A stretch of DNA of 64,000 nucleotides from Massalongia carnosa (taxonomy: Eukaryota). The stretch spans positions 930,001 through 994,000 of the forward strand of contig OZ287076.1 in the NCBI GenBank assembly GCA_965645245.1. The letters run 5' to 3'. The position numbers and the translations under genes are program-made. This document shows, one piece after another, positions 50,776 to 63,483 of the stretch. Within the stretch, counting starts at the first letter, position 1. Every line of letters starts with the position of its first letter. Under the pieces are notes generated by a model. It had not been told where the DNA came from. It worked only from the letters and a program-made list of their open reading frames with translations, and did not search any database.

Positions 50776-52068
50776 AATCTGGACTTGGATCTAGATGGTA
50801 GCGGTCTATGCGAAGGGTTTTTCTTCCTACACAACTCGCAATAAATTGAAAATATTGCAGAGATCAAAACGGACTGACCTGCAGTGCTATTTAACCAATT
50901 GTCCTTTTCAGCTGAGGGTAAATCCCGGTGCTTGGATAAGCGGGGGATGAAACTAGCTCCTTGTAAGGCGGTAACTACACACCTAGTTATGTACCTTGTA
51001 CCTTGAGGTCGCTTAAGTAACCGGTTATTGGGGGCGGAATATTGCTCTAAGCCTTGTTCAAAATCTGTGATTGGTTTATCTAGTCCCATGCAGCTTATGA
51101 TAAACAGCAAGTCAAAGCCATTTAACTAGCCTTCCATTCAATGTGCTTCATCAGTTCATACTCTACAGACAGCGATCGTTTGATTTTCCTTCCGAAACGC
51201 CCGTCACTGCGAGGGTCAACGAAAATACTACCAGCGCCATTGATCTCCAGAGTTGTTGAATTACTTGTAGCAATAAAAGAATCCTCCGCTCCAATATTTA
51301 CAGCCATGGATTGGTCTCAAAGGTCCTCGTCAAGGAGGTCGGAAATGCCATTGGAATTGCTGTTGGCTTTTTAGGACGAGAAAAGGCTGTTTAGTTGTCT
51401 CCAATGCAGGTTATGAGGGTTACTCCATGGCGTTATCGGTTTCAATTTCAAAGCTTGATGTAACCTTTTGCCCAGGAACAGCAACGGCATGCGGTATAAC
51501 ATTCAGGTGCGTTAGCTCGTCAGAACTCGGCCTCTCCCCTCCACAATCCTCAAGTCAACAATGATTAGCTATTGACGCATGGTACCACCCAATCATGAAG
51601 TCGATCAATTATACAGAGTAAAGGACAGTCGCTTGGGTGAAGACTAATGCTTTGATTTCCTAAGCTTACAGCGCCATCGTTCTTACGTACAGTAATCCCT
51701 GTCACAATGATATTCCTTCGCTGCTTCCAAGAGAACAGTTTGCCTCCATTTAAAAGATAGCTTCGCGTTATGTTGAGTGTTGGCCTGAAGCCTGTGTAGA
51801 TGGGACTTCTCAACGACTTGTCTAAAGCAGCATTGCAAACAGCATTGTCCGGGTTTTACCAGAGGCTTATCTTTAGTTTAGAGTCTGTATCTCGATCTAG
51901 ACAAATCTATTCCGCTCGCTAGTGACGACAGGAACGGCACGTGCTGTAGATGTTTTAAGTATAGGCACGTAGAAATTTCCATTTATGGGTAGCGGGCAGC
52001 GGAAAACCGGCAATCCACGGACAAATCATAAGATGGAAAGAAAGGGTTTTTTTTCGACGTCTACACTA

Positions 52069-54001
52069 ACCGTGCGACCGAGGTAAATCCGATGGACCGC
52101 ACCCGGAGCTACGCTCCAGGTGCGGCTCACCTCCATGACGCTATCATCTCCATGACGCATTTCTCAAACTATTTACATTATATCCATTGATTGACCCTTT
52201 CAAAATCAAAATCAAAGGCTGACGTTCATCTATCCAGCTTTCGGCCTTTTTACCCACCAAGCCAAACCGTTTAGCTATCGCTTTTCCATAGAGAAATATT
52301 TTCTTTTGTCTAGCCGTCTCAGCGCGCTTTTGACGACCCTCCTCCCTTTCCACCTCTTCTTGGGTACGATGTAGGTGATTGTGCCTCACATCTCGAACGG
52401 TAACGATTCCTCCCTTCTGAACAACGGTGCCAGCAAGCTTTTTCGGGCCCTTTTAACTAATGCAGCTGTGTGTGTGGCTTGCAAGTCGCGTTGCGTCAAT
52501 TCTAGTAAATTAGCGTTTGCAACCGACCCTTTGATAAAACGTCGCATTCTTTCTGGAGTAATTTCTTCATTATTATTCATTCGCTGAATAACGTTTTCCC
52601 CTTCCTTAGCAACGTCTTTGGGCTTTTTGGGGGTATGAGGTAGGATTATTGTCTCCGAAGATGATATTGGTAGTGTGGGTAATGCCGGATTTAAAGCACG
52701 AATTTTGGTCAAGACTACCTCCGGATTGTAAGGTATCAACCCAGTTTTTTCCCAGGCTGATTTGATAGTAGATGATTTGAATGCCTTTGTACGAAATTGA
52801 TTGAATGCGGCCAGAAAATCCAGACGATTGAGGTCAACGTCACCCAACCGAATGGCGTTGTCAACCGCTTCAGCATGATAATGTTTCATTGGCTGAAAAA
52901 CACCAACGTCCAATGGCTGCGTCAAATGGGTTGAATGGGGGGGTAATCTGAATAAACAGATCTTATTTTCTTTCGAATATTCCCAAAATTCATACGTTAG
53001 ATGAGATCCATATCCATCCAACAAAAGAAGCCTAAACGCTCCTTTTTGAACCTTTTTTGAATGAGCATTAAAATGCTTTAACCACTCTAATGCTAGACAA
53101 TCATTCGAATAGCCGCTATCGCTTGTAGTCAACACGATATCATCTTTCAAATCATTCTCTAAGGCCCATTTGTGAAGTATGTTGACCCCTTTCAAAATCA
53201 AAAAGGATGGAACGCTTCCGCCAACTCCATTGATGCATTCGACCGAAGTTATATAGTCTCGATTGTCTGGATCAGCGATCATAATTCGTTTATGTGATAA
53301 TAGTGTCACCACCAAATGGGTTGCCCCACAGCCAACTCGAAAGCCTGTCTCATCCATATTCCATATATCATCTGGAGTTATACCAAGAAGGGCTACTGTC
53401 GATTGAAATGAAGAGAAATAAGTTTGAATATCCGTAACATTGTGAGCGATTTTCCTTTCGGCTGCTAATGGCTTGCCTTTTTGCATGAAAAATTGGGGAT
53501 TTCTTTTCAAGAATCGTCCGGTCCAGCATTTTCCTACGCGGGTGAGAGAAGATGAAGACGAGGAAGGATGTTGCAATTGCAACAAATAATTAGCTGCACC
53601 GCGAATCAATGGCAATCTCATTGATAATGCAATATCATCAAGAAATTCAATATACTCCTTCAGGGCTAGTTCTTGTGCAGCAGACAGCCTCATATTGACT
53701 GCTTTTCGCTTGCTATATCCATGTAGTCTTCTTTGAAATAGACGAGGTGAAATATCGAATTCTTTGGCACAGGCTGCGGCTGATTTTTATGTGTTCTTTG
53801 CAAATGCATCTAAGGCCTTTGCAATGTTAGCCTCTCGTTTCTTGTACGAATCAGACATGATGTGGTTGAATAATAAATGGTTGATGATAGATGATAGAAA
53901 TTTTTAAAAATGCGTCATGGGGATGATAGCGTCATGGAGGTGAGCCGCACCTGGAGCGTAGCTCCGGGTGCGGTCCATCGGATTTACCTCGGTCGCACGG
54001 T
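52069..54001. mobile_element. Fot1/pogo-family DNA transposon, 1933 bp
   Basis: 94-bp TIRs (52069-52162 and 53908-54001, 1 mismatch), TA target duplication at 52067-52068 and 54002-54003, enclosed DD35D transposase. Confidence 0.97.
52144..53858 (-). pseudogene. Fot1-like DD35D transposase with two lesions
   Basis: ATG 53858; in-frame TAA 53789-53787; WNMDETGF, LLLLDGYGSH, HSTHLTQPLDVGVF; a 1-bp loss in the A-run near 52441 shifts VVQKGGIVTV out of frame. Confidence 0.9.
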
Positions 54002-55437
54002 TAGATCGGGGGAGGGAATAAGCAACATCACACTCTTTATCACCCCCTCCTATAAAACCAGTCAAGGGAGTATTTAGTACCGACCCATGAGCTTGGGAAG
54101 GACAGACCAGCCTTACGAAGTACATAAAGCTTCTTGATATAGTAGATGATTAACCTTGGCTACTTTAGATACTCTCCAAGAAGATAAGTCTGCAAAGCTT
54201 TTGGGGAAAGAGAGATGATTTTGCGTGAAGTAGTTGGGGTTCGCAGGTTCCTGCTTCGAAAGCCGTTTAAAGGCTTCGACATTGTGGCGATGAACCTGTG
54301 GAAGAAGAAAGGATTTGATTGGGGGGAAGGCTGAGAGAGAATAAGGAGGAGCACGGATGCGCACATCCAAACAACGTCATTCAAAACCCACTAACTGATA
54401 CTGGAAAACTACGAAAGGAGCGACGGAGAAGCCGAAGCTAATAAGAAATGCACAAATCCCAGCCCAGCCAAAATAAACAAATGGCACTTCCCCAATCCCG
54501 TCATCACATATACCTTGACGACTATCATATTTGGGTCCAAACTCGCTCATGAATCTGGATTGCCGAAGACTGACCATAGGCGCATACATATGAGCTAATG
54601 CTTGGGCCCATGCGCCCTCCCTTCCAGCCCATTTCCAGCTCATGATTTGGAGAAGAAAACCCATTAAAAAACCCAAAAAAATACTCTCACGAGACAGTTA
54701 GGGTACTAATCGCTCGAGAACTCCAAGACAAAGTCCCCAAAACATACGACATCGCAAGCAATCGCAGCTAATAAGTCGCCGCTCCCGCAGCCCCATGAGC
54801 AGAAAACTCAACTAATCTCCAAAGAGCCGGCTTAGAGACCCAGAAGGGTGGCTCCTTTGTAGAGCTCAGCGCGACGAAGTTGAGAATCTCGGTTTATACG
54901 TTTCGTCTCCTATATCCTCCCATGACCTTGACTTTATATGAAAACGTCTCTCGCCTGACTCTTGAATACCTATCTTGTACCTGCTAAAATATTCCACAAT
55001 AGCGCTACGATTTTTGGCTTTGGCCCACTCTCCTCTGTTCCTTGAACCTTCCTGCACCCCCTACACGGGTGAATCTTAGAATTGTTCTCATCATGCGTTC
55101 GTTGTTCGATGCTCTGGGGGATATATCTCATTTCTATTGATCTAGGTTTGGGGATTTGAGAGAATAAGATGAAGGGGGCGAGAGCAAATGGCAAGTGCGT
55201 GGGAGCGGAGGGAATTGATGGTGAGAGGAAAGGAAGAGATGAGAGAATGAAAGGGGTTTCTGAGGGTGAAGGATGGAAAATGAAGGCTAAATGGGACACG
55301 AAGGATGATTGAACTTGCATTAGCTAAAGTTCGAAAAATAGCTTGCCAAAAGAATTCCGCTTTTCTGCAAACACACGCCCTGTAGAAAATGTTGAATCTC
55401 TACTACGTATCGCCACCAAATCTATCACCCACTTCCC

Positions 55438-57203
55438 TTACTTCCCCACATTGCCAATAGCACTCAAGCCCCATACGCTGACGAGGAGACTAATTGCGTT
55501 CAACGCGCTGCAGAACCAAAACGCAGCTCGATACCCCTGCATCAGCGCCCCGGGGTCGGACTGTATATCATCCTCAGAGCCGGAACTTTGGGTAACGCTA
55601 TTCGCAATCAACGCGACGAGGGCCAATCCTACGCTTTTCCCGATTTGGCCCATCGTGTTGAAGACGCCGCCGGCCAACCCTTGAGTCTCAGCTGGGAAGA
55701 TAGAGGAGATGAGGAGGCTGGAGATCGTGAATAATACATCGCCGGCGGCGGGGTTGAGAATAATGGCAGGAAAGGTACAGACCCAATAGGACCATTGAGA
55801 CCTGACGATGGCCATAAGGAGTGTGGCAATGCAGCTGATAGCTGTGGCGAGGCCGACAATGTTGTTAGCTTGGAAACGGTGAACGATGACCCCTGTGATG
55901 ATATTGCCTACGATGCTGGATATTAGCATCGGCAAGAATCGCACTGCTGCTCCGAGAGCGCTGATGCCCTGTACGTTTTGGAATAAAAAGTTAAGTATTT
56001 GTTCCGAGGCGTTGAAAGAACCCCAGGTAAGGCATACGATGATGCAAATACTCCCAAACACGCGGTTACGCCACAATGTGTTGGGGATCAGTGCCGCGCG
56101 CTGGAGCCGTTCCTGGCGGCCAACCCAGAGGACAAAGGCTGGGATCAGAGCGATAGCTAACGACAGTAGCGAGAAATCGAACGGATAACGAATCATGGAA
56201 GGAGTGGAGGTAATATCCCTAAGTATCTCTTCAGCAAGTGATTCCCTTCAGTAACCGGATACTCATAATACGTTAAAACATAAAAGAAAATTGCCAACGA
56301 AGTGCTTGCAATGAAGGCCCCAACCCAATCGATATCATACACAAATCGTCGCCATGTAAGGGGCGCCTGATCCTCTGGTCCATTCGGTAGGCAGCAGGCC
56401 GCTAAGACGAACGCAACGAGGTTGATAATCGCCACGAAATGAAATCCCCATGGCCATCCGATTGTGTCGGCAAAGAAACCGCCAAGCGCAAGCCCCAAGC
56501 CGTATCCAACGGGCTGGCCACCGCCCATCGAAGCGAATGCTATATTTTTCCAATGGCCAGGAGGAAATGCATCATGAATGATGCCAACTGCTGACGGAAG
56601 ACTAAAAGAGGCAGCTATGCCAGAAAAGGCCCGGAAGATAATAAGCTGCACTCCGGTCGTGGAGAGTCCGCAAGCCATCGTGAACAAGCTCTGTAGTAGG
56701 CATCCATAAAGAAAGACTGGCCGTCTGCCTATAACATCGGCGATAGCGCCGAGGGGTAAAAGCGTGCACCCACAAGCTAAGGAGTAGATCGACGCCGGCC
56801 TAATATTTCACAAGTTAGCTTTTGGTGGTTCTCAGCCAAAATATAGCTTCACACAGTAGAATCAACGATCCATCCCATAATTAATCCGCCGAGAGCCTCG
56901 AGCTAATATAATATATCTGAAGAAGACATGTACGAACCATAACTCCAGACTCCGATCAAATTTCAAGTCTTTCGCTATTGTAGGGATTGCAACAATGACC
57001 ACTCCAGCCAATGCGCTACTAATTCCCGTAATACACGTTACACATATAATAATGATAGAAGGATGCCTTCCCCTATCCTGTTGGTTGAGCTGCGAAAGTC
57101 TCTCGTTCAGAAGCGGCTGCCGTTCATCCACTACTGCTGAAGCCCCATTATCAGCTGCCAAGATCTGCCTGTAACTCTGGTAGATCAACCAACTTTTTGC
57201 CAT
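55438..57203 (-). CDS. MFS drug:H+ antiporter (DHA2/ATR1-like), 3 exons
   Basis: IPTIAKDL, W|PASIYSLACGC, ADVIGRR, FRAFSGIAAS, IDWVGA, QGLAGGVFNTMGQIG, GYRAAFW. Introns 56937-56800 and about 56271-56219. Confidence 0.9.
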
Positions 57204-58002
57204 AGAAATTTTTGTGATCTAATGGCAGCTTGTGTATACGTATAAACGTAGCTCCAAACACAGTCTTAAGGTCTTCATGTGTAAAAGCTTCCGGGTTTAG
57301 ACTGCATTTATCCAGATTCCAGATAGTCGCGCCTTAGGTCGAATGCTAGGCCCCCATCAGCTTAGTGACGTGTCGCACATCATGTTGGCGTTCTCGAGGG
57401 GCGTGTGTGTGAACTATTCATGACAGCTGATTAAGCACGCATATGGTAGGCTCACGTCCTGATCAATAGAAGGATATATGGTTCAAGACTTGTGAATAAA
57501 AACGCTGCATCGCATCATCAAGCGGGGTATATAAAGTTAATGCAATACAGCAAGAACTGAACATCGTGACATCATTAGAATCACAAATCGCGAGGATGAG
57601 GAGCTGCTGCATCAATCACCATAGAAAGGCAAATGGAATTACATCACCGAGATTTGCGGTTTCAGCGCTTGCAAAAGTAAAATAATTAGGTGGAAATTAC
57701 TTCTACCGGAGAGAATTCTGCTTTGAAAGAACAGAGGGGATTGAAGCAGTAAACAGCCTACTTTAAGGATTGTGTGAAAAGGGACGGTTTTCTTAATTGC
57801 CTGATATAACTAGAGCTTACTTTATGATCACTGGTTCTGCTCCTAGTCTGCGGTGCGACCATCTCGAGGCCACCAGGCTCTTTTTGTCCGTATGTGCCAT
57901 ATCTCGCAGAAACTTGCTGATTTACTGTGATATGCCCATCAAGGTACCCCGATTCATGGCAAAGTGCATTATATATGAATAATCTCGACAACTAGGCCAT
58001 AG

Positions 58003-59302
58003 CTAACCCAGCTTTTTGTAAATTATCGTCCCAGTGAATGGCAGCACGAATACGCTCCACATGCGGCCAACATGGCTATTGTACCACCTTTCTAGTTTGG
58101 TAGCATCCACGTTCCCCATTTTCTGTTTTTGTGCTTGCCTGTGCACCAAGAACCACCTCTTTGTTGTCTCTTCGGCGATCACCGCGTACCCACATACAGC
58201 GAAAAACCTGGCGTCCCTCAGCGCATCATTTAGAACGCCACCAGTCACTGCATATCCTGCGAACGTGTGCATGATCCAGAAACGAGGGAAGCTCCACGTA
58301 CCTTTCCAATATCAAGAGGTTGACTTGCTTGCTTTCTATTCAGTTTTTGTTTGACTCATTCCCTCGGTCATAGTTCTACGCCGTAGACAAGGAATACTCG
58401 AGAAAAGAGGTGATGCCAACCATAGCTCTAGAACCCACGTAGAGATTTCAAATCCCAGAGATGGGTCGCATAAAGCGGTGGAAAATGTGCAAGTGGATGT
58501 GGTACGAACGGGGACTTGATATAGCAGCTACGTTATGAGCAAATGAGAAGAGAGGCAATATAAAGAGTTTTGAAGCAGTGAGTGGTATCTGCATATATAT
58601 TGGGTAAATCTCGAAGTTTGGTAGCAATGATGCTTCTAAGTAGAGATATGTGATGAAGATGTAGCGTAACAACACCCACGAGTTTATTACTGCTGACGGT
58701 ACATGAAATCGTGTACTCTGAACTCGATTCCACGTTGTAGGACTCCAAGTTCTTCTCGTATACCTTAGATCAGCACTTGTCGATGGAAAACCGGCACCCC
58801 TCATATTCAGTTCCAACGCGAGCGCCCAGCTCGCTCGATCTGTTCATGGAGCAGGCCATCTGTGGTCTATTACTGCTGTTTCTATGATTATGATCTGCTT
58901 TGGCTGTAAAAAAACCGAGGAAAAGTAAGAACAGAAGGCGCTCATTGAGGTTCGCTTGGTATTTCCTCACAGGCTTATGGTGATATTTTACCCTACGTGG
59001 AATATCGTTTCCGAAAAATGGTCTGATGAAGAAAATATCGAAAACCTGAGCGCTACCATAGAAAATAACGAGCCCGAGCCCATAGGTACAGCCGATCGAG
59101 GAACAAAGGTAGTAATAAAGAGGAAGACGGGCAAAAAGCAATCCAGCTATGAATGCAAGAGTAGAGCGAATGACTCCAACGTAGGGTTGAATTGACTTGT
59201 CTTTAGAGGGAGGGGGATAGAATAGGGCCAAGTAATATATCAACGGTGGAAGGAGAGCCGTAGAAGATGTATGACTTCTTATGTTTGGGTATGGGTGAGC
59301 AT
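58003..59302 (-). pseudogene. MBOAT / wax-synthase-like (Tri7-type) membrane O-acyltransferase, disrupted
   Basis: ELNMRGAGF, FPPLYATHLWDLKSLRGF*SYGWHHLFSRVFLVYG (conserved Trp replaced by TAG at 58430-58428), MHTFAGY..FF..E and GRMW. The ATG at 59302 is out of frame with the first TM ORF; several frameshifts. Confidence 0.72.
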
Positions 59303-59359
59303 TTTTTATTTTATTTATTTATTAATTCATTAAGCGTATGCATCCTAAGGATATGACGC

Positions 59360-59547
59360 TGTGACTGCTATTTATGTACATAAACAACAGTGTGGGTTTA
59401 CCCCAACTCGTGGCACCAGACGTATGACTACGTCAGTGCTTGAGTTGGATGGTAAAGTTGTTCTATTAGCTAGTAGCGAGCGTGGGCTATATAGGCGTGT
59501 GCCCCTTTTCGGGGTCACGTGGCTGGCTAGGCGTCCCGCGCCTAACA
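59360..59547 (-). mobile_element. Possible solo LTR
   Basis: Minus strand begins TGTTAG, has CTATATAG and ends TCACA, 188 bp. No matching TSD seen. Confidence 0.28.
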
Positions 59548-61377
59548 GTGACGAAGGCCTTAGTAGCCTCTAGTCGTGCCCACAGCCCGTTCTATCTACT
59601 AGTGCTACTAACAAACAGTCAGGAAGTGGAAACCTGGCCCCCAGGGTAAAACCACTCCCTTGTTCCATATTGAACGCAACGAAATAGTTCTTCTACCACG
59701 CGGTGCATACACCTAGATCTTCAAGCGCTAGGAATCCTGTAGACTCGATGAACTAAACAGTGTATCTCCACACGTTTGACGAACGTTCTCTCTTTAACCG
59801 TTTTGACTCAATGAAGGAAAGACTGGCCGTGATCGAGGGCAGATCGTGGTGTCGTATAAATGAAGGTGTGGAAGTGTGGACATTCCGAATGAATGGGCTT
59901 TGTATGCCTTCGAAGTGGTGAATGATCAGTAGAGACATTGATCATTCCAACGGCCACCAAGGTGGACTTCCGCGTTGGCGATGATCAGATATTGGCCACC
60001 TCCGAGGAGGTGTTGATAGCCTGCACCACGTAGAGGTTTCTGACCTAGCAGGCCATGGGTGAGCATTGTTGCGTAAGTTATTCACACAAGACGTGTTGCT
60101 ATAAGATGCAGGGTATTGCAATGCCATAATTAACTGTTCGTTAGTTCATTGAACGTGGTGAAAGAGAGACATGAAGAAAGTTGATAATGTCTTTCTAAGA
60201 ATTTATTGCGTTGAAGCCGATGCGAATGGAGCAAAAAATATTTAGGTCGACCTACTCGTACGCTAGTTAGGCTAACTTAGTGTAGGTACAATACCTAAGT
60301 AGTTATGCTCTATAAATAAAAACCGAAACATGCAACATGCATGTGTTTTTCAGTCGGCGGTCCGATGGACTTGGGTAAAACTCTAGAAAGGTTTAGATTA
60401 AAATATCCCGTGATCCAATCGTCTGACATCGACTCCACAAGACGTCCAATGGAAGCCTCGATTTAGTTAGCGTATAAACGTCAACGCCAACAGCGCCACG
60501 AGATAACAGAAGGGTTAACCCTGCTGGGCATCGTGGTAATAAATACACAGTATAAATAAATTGGGTCCAGGAAAAATGACGAACCGTTATTTTTCTTGTC
60601 AAAGAACTATAAGATGAGGGGCACGACGAACATTATAGTTATTGCCTGCTATCTTAGCTAGTTATGCCTAACCAGTTCATCTTTCTTATTATAAGCAACC
60701 AAACCCGAAGGAGTGTGCATTGAGTCTATGGAAAAACAACCTCTAGTGATGCTTCATTCCAACTGTAAAGACATCATACTTTGCTCTTCCGATGGAACCT
60801 GCCACACATAACTCAAGACAGACCGGTCATAGGCTTGTAGAATATCTTATGCTACAGGGCCACGAATATCCATGGCTTAGGTATATATATCGATCAGTAA
60901 TGCTTTAAATGCAAAGTCTAGGCCTTTACTCTATCCTCAAATGGCACAAAGCCGAGCTCTCCCATGTTTAGCCACTCTGGAGGTTCTATCGTCTCCAAAA
61001 AACTGCCAAAGGTGTCTAGAGGCTATTCTAGCATGATTCTAGGAAACTCTAGTAACGGTAGCGAATTTTGCGGATTTCTGGCCTTATTATTCATTAATGC
61101 TCGATAAAGGCATGAATGGATTGGATATCGACCATCAATGCTAATCATTCGATAAGCCTTAAGTAAGAGAAGATTATTGATGGTGTGGATTTTTGATGAT
61201 GGAGTTTCCGGTCTTGCTCTATGATGAAAACTCTATATGCGTCGGTCCTCCAGGATGCCATCATTATATCATTATACAGCTAGTGAGAAGGGATTGCCTG
61301 ATTACGCCAAGAACCATGCTTACCTCGATTCCCGTGACTGCGCCGCTGCCAATGAAGAGCACTCAACCTTAAGAACT

Positions 61378-63415
61378 TCAGCCCTCAAAAACACCATGAT
61401 TTAGCTCCACCCCAAAGTCCTTTGCAATCCGCTTCATCTGTGCCTCCATCTCATCCTCCATACCCCTGCCGATGCCAAAGAACTGCCTGACCTTGCTAAC
61501 GTAGAAGACCAGATCGCTGCTGATGATCACAAGCTTAAACAGCAAGTGCCGGCCAAAATTCTTAGCCTTTTCCCGAAACGGGAGGTCCGGGCTGTCAACT
61601 AGGCTGCGCGAAGCCCAGTTGCCGGTGATCTTGATTCGATTGACAGGCGATCCGAGGAATTGGTTGTTTCCTTGCACGATCCGTAGGTTGCGGCCTATAA
61701 AGATGAGTTCTTTCGGCCACTTTGTTTCATCACCGAGGATCTCTCTGATCCCCTTTCGCATTTTTTGCTGCATTTCGTAGACGCGCTCGGCCTGCTCCTT
61801 GCCTGATAATCCCTTCATTATCTCGGCTGAGGTGCTGTTATCTCCGCCAGAATATGGCCGCAGAAGCGTAGCCGAAGCGAAGATATCGGCATTGTTAACT
61901 CCCCAGCTCTGGACGATTTCTCCCACAGTCTTATTGTCAAAGATCATTAGACTCTTCCAGAATAGACTATACTGATGCCGAAAATTTGGCTTCATGTGGA
62001 CGTAAAGCCCATGATCAATGAGCACAAGCTCTGGCTTGCCGGAGGGTAGACGTCGAATGAATATGTTTCCTGGATGCGGATCGCAATGCACCCAGCCCCA
62101 AAGAAACATTTGTGCTGAGAATAAATCGATCATTGTGGTCATAACATCCTTCAGCGACACGTCTAGCCCTCCTGAACCATCTGCACCTTTCCACCAGTCC
62201 CGATTTGGCTTCACCATACCCTCGATCGAGTTTAACTGAGCAGGACGTGTAAGATCCACTTGATTGAACAAATCAAGAGGCGCTCCGTGGCATCCTGGGC
62301 TTCCTTGGCCTCGCTTTCCCTTCCACTTTCCAATCAGGTTCTCCTTGTCCCATAGCCGAACACCTTCGATCCATTCTGCTGTCATGACACGCCTTGAACT
62401 GAATTCCCGGTATACTTTAGGAATATATACTTTGTCGCGGAGTCGTGCTTCGCCAGCAACAAGCTTTGCCATTCGTTCAGAATTGTCTGCCTCGTTAACG
62501 AAATCAGTTTCGAGAAGTAACCGCTCAGATATAAATGGAACTAGACTGTAAAACGGGAGTTGAAACCATGCCGAGTATATATATGTGACGACCCTCGCAC
62601 AACAGGTCAGCCGTTGAAGGGCTGTAGAGCAGTTTTTTAACATACTTGAAAGTCCACAGGTCCCATCCAACCTGTTGTGCTATTTCTCGTTTCTGCACTT
62701 TTATTGCTACTTCTCTTCCATCCTTGAGCCTTGCCCAATGTACCTGGGCAACGCTGGCACTTGCTCGAGCAGTCCTTTCCATGACTCCCATTTCAGGATC
62801 TCCTATGAAGCTGATTCCGAAAACCTCCTCTGGGGATTTGCCGAAATCCTCTCGTATTACCTGCTCAACCTCTTTCCATGAATTTTGCGGAGCATTATCG
62901 AACATTTTGGCAAACATCCTTTGAAATTCCGGAGGCAATATAGCAGACTGCATGGCGATCGCCTGGCCCATTTTGAGATAAAGTCCCCCATTAGTGCGGA
63001 GGAGGTTGAATAGACGCTCGGCATTGCGACGATGCAGCGCGGGTATTGATTCTGCAAGCGGTGGATGTGGCCGAAAGTTGATTTTATAGTCTATTGCTAC
63101 GACAAGGCCGAGACCGAAAGTACGCACACTCCGGGTTATGGATGAGGCATAAAACTGACTGTCGACTACATAAAGAACACCTAGCCCGACGGCGAAGTAG
63201 GCAAAGCGCCGAGTCCATCTGCGCGTGCGACGATATTGCCTTGGAGGAGCTGCCTTTGGGAGAGAATTAGGGGATGGGGGAACGAAAGGTAGAAATTTTT
63301 GAGTTTGGATGTTTCTCCTCGATTTGAGAGCTGATAAAACTGGGGTCAAGGGTATGCCGGAGACCTTAGAATTCTTAAGACAATGTATACAAAGACTAAT
63401 CGAGCGGCGAATCAT
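61378..63415 (-). CDS. ABC1/UbiB-family atypical kinase (ADCK1/5, Mcp2-like) with mitochondrial-type N-terminus; intron 62645-62594
   Basis: NGGLYLKMGQ (KxGQ), ASASVAQVHWA, VAIKVQ, ETDFVNEADN, HCDPHPGNI, LIDHGLY; Arg/Ser-rich presequence. Confidence 0.94.
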
Positions 63416-63483
63416 GTCAATAATGAGGGAAACCTCAAAATGTACATCGTATGCTTTACATACCTTAAGGGCGGTTGGGGGTA

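Noticed and set aside
50442..51110. 222-aa ORF overlapping the annexin start
   Set aside because: Alternative frame over the repeat region; non-ATG start and no motifs.
51120..51870. Protein-like minus-strand fragments upstream of the annexin
   Set aside because: Multiple stops and no identifiable family; cannot be supported.
54113..55320. Short hydrophobic minus-strand ORFs between the Fot1 element and the MFS gene
   Set aside because: Could be a decayed gene, but no coherent frame or motif was found.
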